Below are positions 37,905 through 53,691 of a stretch of DNA of 64,000 bases, in pieces. The position numbers were made by a program, and so were the translations under genes. The stretch is from the NCBI GenBank assembly GCA_964016885.1, contig OZ024743.1:80414001-80478000 (forward strand), read 5' to 3'. The notes beneath the pieces are model-generated. The model was not told where the DNA came from. It did no database searches and saw only the letters and a program-made list of their open reading frames with translations. Source of the stretch: Eledone cirrhosa (lineage: Eukaryota). The stretch's first letter is position 1, and every line of letters begins with the position of its first letter.

Positions 37905-39110
37905 GCGGTGGTGGTGGTGGTGATGGTGACAGTGGTGGTGGTGGTGATAGTGGTGATGGTGATGGTGACAGTGGTGATGGTGGTGGTGATGGTGGTGATG
38001 GTGATGGTGACAGTGGTGGTGGTGGTGCTGGTGATAGTGGTGATGGTGATGGTGACAGTGGTGGTGGTGGTGATAGTGGTGATGGTGGTGGTGATAGTGG
38101 TGGTGGTGATGGTGGTGATGGTGGTGATGGTGGTGATGGCGGTGGTGGTGATAGTGGTGGTGGTGGTGGTGGTGATGGTGTTGGTGATGGTGGTGGTGAT
38201 AGTGGTGATGGTGATGGTGACAGTGGTGATGGTGGTGGTGATAGTGGTGATGGTGATGGTGACAGTGGTGATGGTGGTAGTGATGGTGACAGTGGTGATG
38301 GTGGTGGTGACAGTGGTGATGGTGGTAGTGATGGTGACAGTGGTGATGGTGGTGGTGACAGTGGTGATGGTGGTAGTGATGGTGACAGTGGTGATGGTGG
38401 TGGTGACAGTGGTGATGGTGGTGATAGTGGTGATGGTGATAGTGGTGGTTGTAGTGGTGGTGTTGATGATGGTGGTGATGGTGGTGATAGTGGTAATGGT
38501 GATGGTGACAGTGGTGATGGTGGTGGTGATGGTGGTGATGGGGATAGTAGTGATGGTGGTGGTGATAGTGGTGATGGTGACAGTAGTGATGGTGGTGGTG
38601 ATGGTGGTGATGGAGATAGTGGTGGTTGTAGTGGTGGTGTTGATGGTGACAGTGGTGATGGTGGTGGTGATAGTGGTGATGGTGACAGTAGTGATGGTGG
38701 TGGTGATGGTGGTGATGGTGATAGTGGTGGTGTTGATGGTGGTGATGGTGGTGATAGTGGTGATGGAGATGGTGATAGTGCTGGTTGTAGTGATAGTGGT
38801 GGTGTTGGTGATGGTGGAGGTGGTGGTGATGGTTGTGATGGTGATGGTGACAGTGGTGGTGGTGGTGGTGGTGGTGATAGTGGAGGTGGTGGTGATGGTG
38901 GTGCTGGTGATATTGGAGGTGCTGGTGATGGTGGTGATGGTAGTGATGGTGGTGGTGGTGATGATAGTGATGATGATAGTGGTGGTGACGGTGATAATGG
39001 TGATGGTGATGGTTATGATAGTGGTGGTTGTAGTGATAGTAGTGGTTGTAGTGGTAGTGTTGGTTATGGTGGTGGTGGTGATAGTGGAGGTGGTGCTGTT
39101 GGTGGTGGCA
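37905..39110. repeat. Degenerate (GGT/GAT/AGT)n trinucleotide tract
   Basis: Open in several frames on both strands. Confidence 0.9.
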
Positions 39111-39799
39111 TGACCACCAATAACACGAACACTTCTGAAGTGATCTATGGTATTTGTAGACAAAACTTAAGCAAATGGTTAAGCATCTTGCCTCAATCTT
39201 AAACGTCCAGGTTCAATCCCACTGAATGTCAACTAAAACTAATGTATTTTCTACAAAATCCTGTGAGGTGGGAATTAGTTAAACACAAACTGTTAGGAAG
39301 ACCTTCTGGTAGACTCTACCAGTAATACAAAGGCCCTGCATTGTCATAGATGCTGTCATGTTTAATCTCCTTGATAATCTCATGAAGGGTAAAACGTTCT
39401 TGGGGAACCCTAAACAATTTACAAAATAATGGTTTATACCAGTAATTCAAACAGCCATTTTTGTCACACACAGAAATGTAGAATCTCTTTCAGAATTATA
39501 TTAAGGTCCAGGCGGTATACTCAACTACTTACATTATTATATAAAATGAGTTGTATCTGTAATGCAACGATTTAGCTGTCTAGACTGACTCATGCTGAAT
39601 CTCCCTCAGAATTTTGCTAAGGCGACAGGTAACTGTAGAACACTTAACCACTTATCCTATAGTACAAGATGCCCTGCTTTGTTATTCCATCGATTGATAA
39701 ACTAGAACACTCATCGTCGAAACCAACGGAGGCTTAATTACTTTTCTAATGTCCGTATTTATGAGACAATTTATAAGAGGTAAGTGACTAATTCTCAGA

Positions 39800-39958
39800 A
39801 ACAATACATTACTGCTGGCCAGGAGATTTGAACCGGGGATTTGGTTGACTTAAAGGATACATTACTGCTAGCCAGGAGATTTGAACCGGGGATTTGGATG
39901 ACTTAAACAATACATTACTGCTGGCCAGGAGATTTGAACCGGGGATTTGGTTGACTTG
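39800..39958 (-). repeat. Three copies of a 53-54-bp unit with a B-box-like motif
   Basis: tacattactgctggccaggagatttgaaccggggatttgg; the reverse complement contains GGTTCAAATC. Confidence 0.8.
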
Positions 39959-41019
39959 GCTGTTGGCAAAACTACGAATATTTTGATGATTCTTTCAATT
40001 ACAACTCTCTACTGACGAGGGCTTTCATTGTTTTATCGCTGACCTCACTTTTAACCCCGATCACCATTTATTCCTGTGGGGGTTTTTCATGGAAATTATA
40101 GCCAGAACATGATCTATGGGACTTCATCATCGGATCTAATTAACTAACTGACTAATCAGTAGAATTTATAATAATTGCTTAGTAACACATATTGATTGAT
40201 TATTCTCTAAAGACAAAATCGATATTTGGTGGAGTTGTGGGTGTACAATCGATTGAATCTGTTACTGTACAATATTGAGTTTATTTTAGCATATGTGGCT
40301 GAGTGACTGGGAGGTTCGCTTTCTGATCATGATAACTGAGGTTCGATCCTACTGGGCAAGTGTCTATACCATCGGACCAACCCAAGCCTTGTGTGTGAAC
40401 CTAGGTGGACAGAAACTGCTGAAGGCCATCGAAGGGAGTATAGTAATCCAAGGGTCCAGGCTTGTCCCATATTATGTCAGGCTTGAGAGTAGACCTGAGA
40501 AATCTGTTGAGGGTACACGTGTCTATGTGACATTTAACCAATTACATTAAAATACAAGGGATGTAACTTTCATTCAAAGGTCAAGTCTTGTCACATATTG
40601 TGTCCTGCTGATCTTGCTTGAGAATTATGTGTAGAGTGCACGTGACTATGGAATACTCAACCACTAAGCTATAATGTGAGAGGGTAGCTATAATTCAAAT
40701 GCCCAACATTTAGAGATGTGGATGTTAGAATAAGTAGACACTTCTTCACCCACTTCTCTCTGAGATTGTCGTGGCGGGTAAAGTTCTCATACACTCCTTC
40801 CAGCAGATCCTGTCAGAAGCAACTGACCCAGCTCGATCAACAAATGAGACCAGCCCAGCTCATGGATGTTATCCAGCCATCTGGCTCAAGGTCAACTCCT
40901 GGGTCTCTTGTCGGTTGGTATGAATTCGTAGACAGTCAGACAAAATGTTTTAGCATGTTTCTGTAAGCAACTTTACAGGGATCGATAAATAAAGTACCAT
41001 TCCAATAGTAGAGAAATAT

Positions 41020-41118
41020 AACTGTTTCTACTTTAGGCACAAGGCCAGCAATTACCCAGTTCATTACTGGTACTTTATTTTATCGACCCCGTAAGGCTGA
41101 AAGGTAAAGTCAACCTCG
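41020..41118 (-). mobile_element. SINE 3' half
   Basis: Matches the main SINE family. Confidence 0.8.
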
Positions 41119-41415
41119 AAATATAACCTAATATGAACAGCTATGTGTGTTTAGCTAGAAATAACAAATCCAGAAAATGAAGGAGAAAATAAACGAAGAA
41201 AACGATGAAGTAGAAGAAATCTGAGTAAATGAAGAAGAGGGAAACTAAGAAGAAGTGCAGGAATAACAACAACAACAACAACATCGAGACATAAACATAA
41301 CAACAACAACAACAACAACAGTTGTAATTAAGTTTGTCAGTAGTTATATAAGGGTGGAGACTAGGGTATAAATAGGACAGGGTGTAATAAACTTGTTACA
41401 CCAGAAAACTGCCTA

Positions 41416-41473
<58 letters not shown>

Positions 41474-41592
41474 TATATATTATAGGTTATATTAAAGACC
41501 TGTACTGGGAGTGCTTCAAAACTCATGCTACGTTTTTGTACACGTGCCTGGAGGTAGAACAAATTGTGTGATGATTTTATATCGACATACAT

Positions 41593-41698
<106 letters not shown>

Positions 41699-41723
41699 TG
41701 CGATAGATATATACATACGTGTA

Positions 41724-41768
<45 letters not shown>

Positions 41769-41912
41769 CGATAGATATATATATACGTGTATGCATATAT
41801 ATATATATGTATGTATATTCTCTATTAGGCTGGTTTACTAATGCTATTGGAAGGGAGATCTTGCTTGTGATCGCCTTCAGCGTGAAATGAGTGGTAAACA
41901 ACATATACGAAA

Positions 41913-42148
41913 TATACATACTAGGACTCACATATATATATATATACACAGTTATATATACATACTAGGACTGACATATATATATATATACACAGTTATA
42001 TATACATACTAGGACTGACATATATATATACACACACAGTTATATATACATACTAGGACTGACATATATATACACACAGTTATATATATATACTGGGACT
42101 CACACACATATATATATATATATACAGCTATATATACATACTAGGACT

Positions 42149-42188
<40 letters not shown>

Positions 42189-42230
42189 CAGTTATATATA
42201 CATACTGGGACTCACATATACAACCATATA
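41913..42230. repeat. About 40-bp minisatellite with variable (TA)n
   Basis: atatacatactaggactgacatatata..cacagtt. Confidence 0.85.
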
Positions 42231-42671
42231 CTCACATATATATACACCCAGTTATATATACATACACACTGTTATATATGTAGCAGGAATGACAGAACTT
42301 GTAGATAGCAGAGAAATGTTCCCTGTACTTCCGGTGCACGTGTTGCAATATATCCCAAGGGGATGTAACTCGGATCGAAGAAGGGAATATGGGGGGAATG
42401 TGGGGATGGGTGGCAGTAAACACATTTGTAGAATATAAATATTAAAACTGCTTGAGGTATAATAGAGGGGGGAAGCGTTGTGAGGATAGGGTGGAGGGCT
42501 GGGGTGGGCGGAGGTGTGTGGTGGGTGGATGGGGTGAAGGCGGGTAGATGGGGTGATGAGGGGTTGGGGTGAAAGGATGTGGGGGGTGAGGGGATATGGA
42601 TGATGGGTGGGTGCTGGAGGGGTGAAGGGCGGTGAGGGAGGGGTGACAGATGAGGGGCGGGGTGGGGGTGG

Positions 42672-44330
42672 GGGAGCAAAGAGAGGACAGGAGATACAGA
42701 GAGAGAGAGGGGGAGCAGAGAGAGGACAGGAGATACAGAGAGAGAGAGGGGGAGCAGAGAGAGGACAGGAGATACAGAGAGAGAGAGGGGGAGCAGAGAG
42801 AGGACAGGAGATACAGAGAGAGAGAGGGGGAGCAGAGAGAGGACAGGAGATAGAGAGAGAGAGGGGGGAGCAGAGAGAGGACAGGAGATACAGAGAGAGG
42901 GGGAGCAGAGAGAGAACAGGAGATATATAGATAGAGAGGGGGAAGAAGTGATAGGACAGGAGATACAGAGAGAGAGGGGGGGAGCAAAGAGAGGACAGGA
43001 GATACAGAGAGAGATGGGGGGGGGAGCAGAGAGAGGACAGGAGATACAGAGAGAGATGGGGGGAGCAGAGAGAGGACAGGTGATACAGAGAGAGGGGGAG
43101 CAGAGAGAGGACAGGAGATATATAGATAGAGAGGGGGGAGAAGTGAGAGGACTGGAGATACAGAGAGAGAGAGAGGGGGAGCAGAGAGATGGACAGTAGA
43201 TACAGAGAGAGAGAGGGGGGGAGCAGAGAGTGGACATGAGATACAGAGAGAGAGAGGGGGAGCAGAGAGAGGACATGAGATACATAGAGAGGGGGGAGAA
43301 GAGAGAGGACAGGAGATACAGAGAGAGGGAGAGGGGGAGCAGAGAGAGGACAGGAGATACATAGAGAGGGGGGAGAAGAGAGAGGACAGGAGATACAGAG
43401 AGAGGGAGAGGGGGGTCAGAGAGAGGACAGGAGATACAGAGAGAGAGAGAGAGGGGGAGCAGAGAGAGGACAGGAGATACATAGAGAGGGGGCAGGAGAG
43501 AGAGGACAGAAGATACAGAGAGAGAGGGGGGAAGAAGAGAGAGGACAGGAGATACAGCCAGAGAGAGGGGGAGCAGAGAGAAGACAGGAGATACAGAGAG
43601 AGTGGGGGAAGAAGAGAGAGGGCAGGAGATACAGAGAGAGAGGGGGGGAGCAGAGAGAGGACAGGAGATACAGAGAGAGAGAGGGGAGAGAGCAGAGAGA
43701 GGACAGGAGATACAGAGAGAGAGAGGGGGAGCAGAGAGATGGACAGTAGATACAGAGAGAGAGAGGGGGGGAGAGCAGTGAGTGGACATGAGATACAGAG
43801 AGAGGGGGAGCAGAGAGAGGACATGAGATACATAGAGAGGGGGGGGGGAGAGGACAGGAGATACAGAGAGAGGGAGAGGGGGAGCAGAGAGAGGACAGGA
43901 GATACATAGAGAGATGGGGGGTCAGAGAGAGGACAGGAGATACAGAGAGAGAGAGGGGGAGCAGAGAGAGGACAGGAGATACATAGAGAGGAGGCAGGAG
44001 AGAGAGGACAGGAGATACAGAGAGAGAGGGGGGAAGAAGAGAGAGGACAGGAGATACAGCCAGAGAGAGGAGGAGCAGAGAGAGGACAGGAGATACAGAG
44101 AGAGAGAGGGGGAGCAGAGAGAGGACAGGAGATACAGAGAGAGAGAGGGGAGAGAGCAGAGAGAGGACAGGAGATACAGTGAGAGAGAGGACAGGAGATA
44201 CAGTGAGAGAGAGGACAGGAGATACAGAGAGAGAGAGAGGGGAGCAGAGAGAGGACAGGAGATACAGAGAGAGAGAGGGGGAGAGCAGAGAGAGGACAGG
44301 AGATACAGTGAGAGAGAGGGGGCAATGAGA
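42672..44330. repeat. Purine-rich minisatellite, about 38-40 bp
   Basis: gagcagagagaggacaggagatacagagagagagagggg. Explains the long ORFs at 42272-44357. Confidence 0.93.
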
Positions 44331-44420
44331 GAGAGGGGGAGGTGCAAAGATATTTAATGACAGAGTGAGACTGGGTTTAATTAAATGATTTACTTATGTC
44401 GCAATGCGTGTATGTATATA

Positions 44421-44488
<68 letters not shown>

Positions 44489-44516
44489 TATATGTATGTA
44501 TATATATATGTATATA

Positions 44517-44659
<143 letters not shown>

Positions 44660-44919
44660 GTATGTATATATATATATGTATGTATATATGTATGTATATA
44701 TATATGTATATATGCATGTATATATGTATGCATATATGTGTGTATATATGTATGTATATATGTATGTATATATTTGTGTATATATGTGTGTATATGTATG
44801 TATATATATATGTATGTATATATATATGTATGTATATATGCATGTATATATGTATGTATATATGTATGTATATATGTATGTATATTTGTATGTATATATG
44901 TATGTATATATGTATTTTA

Positions 44920-45000
44920 CACTCATTCAGCGCATCGGTAGGGGATATAAAGTAGAGGCCGTACTCGAAGACGAGTTGGCAGCCACCATATATGTATGCA
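44920..45000 (+). mobile_element. RTE-like 3' end fragment
   Basis: Matches the reverse complement of 8720-8805. Confidence 0.7.
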
Positions 45001-45099
45001 TATATGTGCAAAATACAAATATACAAACATATATATATATATATATGTATGTATATATATATATATATATATATATGGATATATAGATATAGATATATT

Positions 45100-45179
<80 letters not shown>

Positions 45180-45191
45180 TATATATATACG

Positions 45192-45244
<53 letters not shown>

Positions 45245-45668
45245 GTATATGCGTGTGGATATATATGTATATGCATGTATATGTAACAACTATCTATGTA
45301 TATTATTATATAAAGGAATGCATGTACTATATATATATTGTATATATTAATACTGATTTGCAAGCTCATTCACTATTAATGCACATCACTTTATGCATCA
45401 TCCACCTATCATGCAACTAAGCTACAACACATCTGCATCTGTTTGTGCATTCAGATTCATATACAGTTCCTTATTTATCCCCTTCGTTTTCGGCAGCCAT
45501 TTTTTATGTAGAAGTTAGTATAATATGTATAGAAGTGTTTTTGTCGTATTTTAATCTAAGGATATATTTGAATACATTAATACAAGAGTGGGGACAAATG
45601 TGACGCCATCTTTAGTTGGTGTTTCCTTATTTTTATATTTATTTCAATGCAGCTCTTTATCTCTCTCC

Positions 45669-45714
<46 letters not shown>

Positions 45715-45725
45715 GTACATGCATA

Positions 45726-45933
<208 letters not shown>

Positions 45934-46086
45934 CATACATACATATATATTTATACATACATATTTTATATATACACATATATCTATATCTATATCTATA
46001 TCTCTCTCTCTATATATATATATATATATACATACATACATATTTATATATACACATATATCTATAAGTATATATATCTGCGTGTG

Positions 46087-46118
<32 letters not shown>

Positions 46119-46357
46119 AAATCCATGTGTATTTATGAACTTGCACCGTCATAGTAAGGAACTGTTTGCTCTTGATTTAAAAAAAAAGTTATTGAAACCG
46201 TCAGAATACAGACATATATGTCTATATACACACATGTATTTGTCTGTGTATACACACGTAGTTATGTGTGTGTAGATGGATAGGAAAATAATTGGCTGTC
46301 ATTGAACATTAAACACGACACTGATAGAAATACGATGTCTCCCGTTGTTGTTCAATG

Positions 46358-46485
46358 AATGTGTGTCCGGGTCTATACATATCTGTGTATGTATCAATAT
46401 GAATGTGTGTCCGGGTCTATACATATCTGTGTATGTATCAATATGAATGTGTGTCCGGGTCTATACATATCTCTCTATGTATCAA
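46358..46485. repeat. Three copies of a 44-bp tandem repeat
   Basis: gaatgtgtgtccgggtctatacatatctgtgtatgtatcaatat. Confidence 0.9.
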
Positions 46486-46641
46486 TACACATATATTATA
46501 TAGATATTTGGAAACAACAAACACAGATACTAAAGTCTTATTAGTTTCACGCTTTATATGGAAAGGGGAAAGAAAGTTTGACGTGTCAGGCTTTACCCCT
46601 TCTTCGGGAATACAAAAATAGAGATAGGATGTTATATATAT

Positions 46642-46895
46642 ATTACAAAATGGCGTAGGACAGAACAAAGGAGAGGCACAGAAACAAAGAAAGGAATCCC
46701 CAGTCACTGAAGAGGTCACAAAGTGTGTGACGAAAGAACTATGACAATATATAAACAACAATCTGGTTGTGGAACCAACCAACCAACCAGAAATTTATAA
46801 ATTTATTATAAATTTATTATAATAAATTGAAGTGAAAGCAACTGGTGCGTGTGTTTCTTATTGGCAACATGACCCTCCCAAAGTATAACAATATA
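46642..46895 (+). mobile_element. Non-inverted copy of the 2205-2770 family, with hammerhead at 46702-46745
   Basis: Nearly identical to 2511-2770 and (TA)n-flanked. Confidence 0.8.
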
Positions 46896-46932
46896 TATAT
46901 ATATATAAAATATATATAAAATTTACATATAT

Positions 46933-47260
46933 ATATGTAAAATTTGGCTTCGTTTATTATAAATTAAAAATTACTGCTATATATATTTCGGTGACAGCTA
47001 TTATTGGCTGTGACCTCTTCAGGCAGTCGGAATTGGTGTGGAAAAAACAGGTACACATGTTGTTGAAGTGTGTTTCATTCTGTCAATACATCGATATGTT
47101 CAGCTCCTGGGTGTGTTGTTATTCCTCTGAGGAACTGGAATCATATGGTCTGCCTGAAGAGGTCACAGCCAATAATAGCTGTCACCGAAATATATATAGC
47201 AGTAATTTTTAATTTATAATAAACTAAGCAAAATTTTACATATTTGACTTAATTATTTTA
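46933..47260 (+). mobile_element. Fold-back with a hammerhead in each arm
   Basis: Arms about 46933-47027 and 47150-47243, spacer about 120 nt. Confidence 0.8.
47150..47202 (+). ncRNA. Minimal type-I hammerhead (mirror copy 46973-47027, minus strand)
   Basis: CTGC-CTGAAGA-GGTCACAGCCAATAATAGCTGTCACC-GAAA-TATATA-TA-GCAG. Confidence 0.8.
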
Positions 47261-47268
47261 TATATATA

Positions 47269-47524
47269 CTAGCAGAATGGCCCGGCGTTGCTCGGGATTT
47301 GCTCTATGGTTCTTATATATTTGATATATATTTATCCTTATCGAGCCTCGTGAAATAATTACGTTTGTTTATATGTTGTTATATGTAATATATGTACACG
47401 AATATATAATTATAGATATGTATAACAGTACAGAGAAGTACGGAATATCTCGGCCTCGGTTGGGTGTTTCTCGAGTTTTAGTGATTGAACAGATAGACAG
47501 ACAAACAGACATTCTCTGTTTTAG

Positions 47525-47535
<11 letters not shown>
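47269..47535 (-). mobile_element. Non-autonomous Helitron
   Basis: 3' end CCCGAGCAACGCCGGG hairpin, then 8 nt and CTAG. (CTGT)n-like run near the 5' end. A second similar hairpin lies at 47808-47823 (+). Confidence 0.7.
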
Positions 47536-47599
<64 letters not shown>

Positions 47600-48013
47600 T
47601 ATATTTATATATTTATATATTTATATATTTTTCAAATCGACCCACGATGAGCCATAAAAAATCGATATCAAAATTATCGGCAGCAAAATTGATGTAAGGG
47701 AGATAACCAACTTTATCGACAGACAGAAATATAAACATCAGATTCATTTGAAGATAAATCATTAATATTATCGTTTGTTTCATGTTTATTCTTTGTGTAT
47801 TTCAAACCCCGGGCAACGCCGGGTAAATGTCACCGATTGTAGATACAAATCCAGAAACAGCTGTCTGGCATTGTCACCGGCTACTGATATAGCAGTGACA
47901 TGCTCTCAGCTAATAATCTTCATAACGAGACTCCTTTGCTTATTGTGGTGAATATTGTAAATACTTTCATATACATCCCTATAATTAACAACACTATGTT
48001 AGTGCAACGGCTA

Positions 48014-48132
<119 letters not shown>

Positions 48133-48225
48133 TTTTTTATATATATGTGTGTGTGTAATATATATATATATAATGAAATATATATATATATTTACATATA
48201 TATATATATAATGAAATATATATAT

Positions 48226-48640
48226 AAAACGAAAAATCAGTGATGCATCTGGACTCAGTTTATTGCGTATTACAATTGTTTCGCCGGCAGGTGGCTCGAG
48301 ACATGATCACTGTATGGATCTGGCTGATTCTTCGGCTGCAGGTTCCTTCGGACACGGGTAGTTCATTCGGAGCAAATTTTCTCATCATTGAGAACATTTT
48401 CTCCGAACGAACTACCCGTGTCCGAAGGAACCTGCAGCCGAAGAATCAGCCAGATCCATACAGTGATCATGTCTCGAGCCACCTGCCGGCGAAACAATTG
48501 TAATACGCAATAAACTGAGTCCAGGTGCATCACTGATTTTTCGTTTTTTTATACTATCCACACTCTATTCTGTATGAATATTGAGTGCTAATTTTGGCAT
48601 ACCGCCTATGGAAGCACCATAGCTACCATTATACACAACT
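48226..48640 (+). mobile_element. Fold-back with near-perfect arms of about 145 bp plus tail
   Basis: 48226-48370 versus 48401-48547. ACTC..GAGTGC at 48562-48588. Variant hammerhead-like fold at 48417-48507. Confidence 0.8.
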
Positions 48641-48676
48641 ATATATATATATTTATTTACATATACATATATATAA

Positions 48677-48713
<37 letters not shown>

Positions 48714-48890
48714 TTTACATATACATATATATGTATATATATATATAATGAAATATATATATATTTACATATACATATAAATATATATATATATGTATAT
48801 ATATATATTTACATATACATATATATGTATATATATATATAATGAAATATATATATATTTACATATACATATATATATATATATAATAAA

Positions 48891-48981
<91 letters not shown>

Positions 48982-49360
48982 CATAGAAACTAAACAGACA
49001 GACAAACAGGAACATGTCAACCTGCCCAATTTTTATTAAAATATTTGAAGAAATGTAAATTTGGAAAATAGATTATTCATGGAAGATATGTTTAAGTTGA
49101 ATGCCTAATCTCGGCGTTTCAGTTTGAAATGTTTGAAAAAACAAATATGTTGAATGTAAGAAAAAGATTATTTCTGATGAAAATATATATTTATTTTTCT
49201 GGAGCAATCATGTCATGTATTTCAGTGGAACCATTCAAAGAAATCAGCAGCGAAACTTTGAAAGTATAAAAATTGAATAATTCTTTCAAAATTCTTCATA
49301 AATATAAGAAACTAGCTTGGTTATACACACACACACACACACACACATGCATACACACAA

Positions 49361-49439
<79 letters not shown>

Positions 49440-49805
49440 TATGAGTGTGTATGTGCCTGTGTGTGGTTGTTTGTGAATACGTATGTATATATGCGTATAC
49501 ATATGTGTATGTATGTGAGTATGTATGTATATATATGTGTGTATCCAGCCATCTTTCTATATAGCTCTTAATTCACTCATTTATTTACCTTGCCATGTTT
49601 ATATATCTTTTCTAATAATTTAAATTTAATAAAGTTTATTTCGCCGTTTACTTATGTTCATTAATATTTCACGGAAAACTGACGAAACTATAAAGAAATG
49701 ATAAAGCGGCAGCCATTGCTGTGTTATTAAAAGACCCTGATCACAGGTTCTGGGTTCTGTCCCACTGCACGGCAACTAGACGTAACATCTAATATATCAT
49801 GTACT

Positions 49806-49972
49806 CCTGGCACGGGCAAACTTTCTCGAGCAGCAGGCCATATAGAATATGTCTCATCATAAGCCGGGCTACACTACTAAAACATTCTAGGTATTTGTGA
49901 AATTAGGGTGCCATTCAGAAGCCCAAAACGGGCCGCATACTGCGTGTGGGCCGCAATTTGCCCCTGATTGCT
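49806..49972. mobile_element. Possible decayed hAT-type MITE
   Basis: GGGCAAA..TTTGCCC inverted ends and repeated GGGCCGCA subterminal motifs. Confidence 0.35.
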
Positions 49973-51143
49973 GTAGACCGATGGACAGAAATTTTGCCAT
50001 GGCCATCTATGGACCTGGAACTTTGTACTGGGTAGCAGGGGTATTGTCGTGTTATATAGTGGGTCATTTGATATTTTAAAAGTGTAGGAACCCATTTCTT
50101 TCCGGGTCAGATCATGACTACTTCCTTCCAGAGAATTGGAAAGAAAGAGAGATAGAAACAGATTTGAAGAGTAAACAAGAAATGTAAAGGTCCCAGTAAA
50201 ATGCTCGCACTTTTGTAGTATAGGTTTTTATCGAGTTGAAAAGGAGGAAAGGCAAAGTTTATTACACTGGGATTTGAAGTTAAACAACGCAATGGAATAT
50301 ATCCCATGTTCTAACGATTCTGCCACTTTGCAGCCCGGGATAGCATTTTACATATCTCAGAAGGAGTTAGGTCTATTTGGGGGCCCAGAGTAATTTACAT
50401 TATAACTAGTCGGAAATGTAAATTACTAAAATATGTAGACTCTACTGTAATAACTTGGTTGAATCGACACACTCCTATATTTATAATTACCTTTGCCTGT
50501 AGACAAATATCAGATTGTCTTAAACGACCTCCATACTGAGAGTATATAAATATGAACTCTAAATTTGTAGTTAAACGGTTAAGACATCTTAGCTTAGTGA
50601 TCAATGCAGTTGTCCGGTATATAGCAGATGTGTTGTTAGATTCCCACAGACGCTCCTGTAACAGTTTCTTATATAAAATCCATAAGTGTATATATATATA
50701 TATATATACACTTATAGATGCACCATTTTAGCTCTTCGTTCTTCAGGAGTGAGCAGAAGGTGAATAAATGACAGTTCCAGTAGCAGAGTGTTTACAATTC
50801 AAAATTCAATAACACTAATAATTAGTATTATTATCATTATTTTTATTTATACGTTACTACGAGCGTTTCAATGCGGCTAGATTATCCCATCTATTTGTGG
50901 AGAAAACTGGATATTATCAGAAAGTTATTTATTCCATTATGGGTGCTCTACCCAAACCGTATCTCTTCAGGAAATGTATAATAAAAAATAGCAATAACTT
51001 GATTAAAATCATAAGTTGTACAAAATAATAGAGGATTCAAAGCAATGTACATCTTTATTTTACAGGTCTGAATACATAGCGAAGATTATGCTTGGCACTC
51101 GTGAATTTAAAATTCCATATTTTGAATGCACATTGCTTTGAAT

Positions 51144-51276
<133 letters not shown>

Positions 51277-51364
51277 ACACACACACACACACACTCTCAT
51301 CATCATCATCATCATTATCATTTTAGTCCGCTTTTTCCCTGCTTGCAAGGGTGGGACATATCTA

Positions 51365-51495
51365 TATATATATGGTGGCTGCCAACTCGTTTTCGAGTAC
51401 GGCCACTACTTTATATCCATGTAGGAGAACTCCTACCGATGCGCTGAACGAGTGTGACTTTTTAGTCCAGCCAGCGACTTGAAATCTCTGGTACA
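51365..51495 (-). mobile_element. RTE-like 3' end fragment
   Basis: Nearly identical to 8720-8842. Confidence 0.75.
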
Positions 51496-51748
51496 TATAT
51501 ATATATACGTGCATACATACACACATACGTGCATATACACACACGCGCACACTCACACATTCACACACACACTCACACATCTGGTATAGACGGACGGGAG
51601 AATTAGTACTCAATAACGAAGGTGCTTAAATAATCATTATGATGAAGTGGAGTTTTACCTGTGATAATCTGGAGTGTTATCTGTGTAGTCACGGGATCAT
51701 GACAAGAGTGTTATGTGATCCTGTGAGAGGTTGAGGAGAATCTCCTTA

Positions 51749-52021
51749 GTAACAAGACTGACCATGTTGCCAGAGTAACAAGACTGACCATGTTGCCACA
51801 GTAACAAGACTGACCATGTTGCCAGGGAAACAAGACTGACCATGTTGCCAGCGTAACAAGACTGACCATGTTGCCAGCGTAACAAGACTGACCATGTTGC
51901 CAGGGTAACAAGACTGACCATGTTGCCAGGGTAACAAGACTGACCATGTTGCCACAGTAACAAGACTGACCATCTTGCCAGAGTAACAAGGCTGACCATG
52001 TTGCCAGAGTAACAAGACTGA
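51749..52021. repeat. 26-bp minisatellite, followed by (CAC)n to 52326
   Basis: gtaacaagactgaccatgttgccaga, about 10.5 copies. Confidence 0.95.
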
Positions 52022-53172
52022 TCACCACCACCACCACCACCACCACTACCACCGCCACCACCACCACCACTACCACCGCCACCACCACCACCACCACCGA
52101 CACCACCAACACCACCACCACCACCACCACCACTACCATCACCACCACCACCACCACCACCACCGACACCACCACCACCACCACCGACACCACCACCACC
52201 ACCACCATCACCACCACCACTACCAACACCATCACCACCACCACTACCACCAACATCACCACTACCACCACCACTACCACCATCACCACCGACATCACCA
52301 CCACCACCACCACCACTACCACCACCTTCGTCGTCATGGGTCTCTCTCTCATTCTTTGTTTTTTCTTGCTTCTTTAAATCTTCCTATCTTTCAGTTTCGT
52401 TGTTCTTGTTACGTGTGTACAATTGTGTTTGTGATGCGTGTACATGTGTGTGTGTTTGTGTCTGTATTTGTGTGATGCGTGTAGATGTGTGGGTGTGTGG
52501 CTGTGTCTATGTGTGTGTTTATGTGTACAATTGTGTGTGTATGTGTGTGCGTGTGTGTGTGTGTGTGTCTGTGTGTGTGCGTGCGTCTAAGTAGTTATCA
52601 TATATGTTTTGCACAAGATTTTCTCTGGTGCTAAAAGCTTAGCCAACAAAAGCACGGCACTACATGCCTGCGGTGGTTAAACCTCAATCTCATCTCATTT
52701 TTGTGTTTTGAAGATCAAATGTGTTAAGGTGTTACTAATGGAAACTCAATCTGCATCTGAAATCTGCCGCCAGATAAATATAGGAAAAATAATAATAAAA
52801 AGTAGTTCCTAGTTTCAATTTCAAAGTGAGAAACAGTAGCGGAGAGATATCACTAATGGATACAGGCGGAAAAACCGGTGAAACGGCAGGAGACGTGTAG
52901 TATAAATTTGACTAATATAAAAATACGTACAAATAAGAAGAACGAGTGGTATATACAAGAGAGGGGGGGGGGGCAGTGGTGAAGAGGGAACCGGGAGGGG
53001 GGGGGATAGAGCCTTAGGAGTGTTTGACAAACATTCAAAGCCTCATTTGATTATTTCAATAATACGTTTTCTTAAGTCCATTTCTTGTTGTTTAAAGTAT
53101 TTCGAAAATCTGAAAAATTGTGTTCTTTAGCGTACAAAACAAATTCTTCTGCTACTTTCATCACGCACACGC

Positions 53173-53270
<98 letters not shown>

Positions 53271-53275
53271 TATAT

Positions 53276-53421
<146 letters not shown>

Positions 53422-53423
53422 AT

Positions 53424-53637
53424 ATAGGAACAAGTAGGACCCCGACGGCTGAGCTCAAGCCGTTTCGACGGCTAATTTGGTATATATATATGTATATATA
53501 TATCTAATTCTGCCGTCGAAACGGCTTGAGCTCAGCACTCGGGGTCCTACTCGTTCCTATTACCCACTCTACTACCCTAAGTATTGAGTACTTTGGTGCG
53601 TTATGGTCTACCTGGTTCCTTACCACATTTCCTTCGT

Positions 53638-53640
<3 letters not shown>
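53424..53640 (+). mobile_element. Fold-back with (TA)n in the apex, family of 2787-2935
   Basis: Arms 53424-53469 and 53512-53560 carry GAAACGGCT..; ACTC..GAGTAC at 53566-53591. Confidence 0.75.

Positions 53641-53691
<51 letters not shown>

Noticed and set aside
37751-39202. 483-aa Gly/Asp-rich ORF and overlapping Val-rich and Thr-rich ORFs
   Set aside because: A trinucleotide tract open in several frames, with no non-repetitive domain. A structural-protein exon cannot be fully excluded without RNA data.
42272-44357. 505-aa and 627-aa ORFs
   Set aside because: Translations of a minisatellite.
46575-46612. Minus-strand CCGAAGA-AGG..CCT-GACA-CGTC hammerhead-like motif
   Set aside because: The GAAA is mutated and stem I is absent; too decayed to call.
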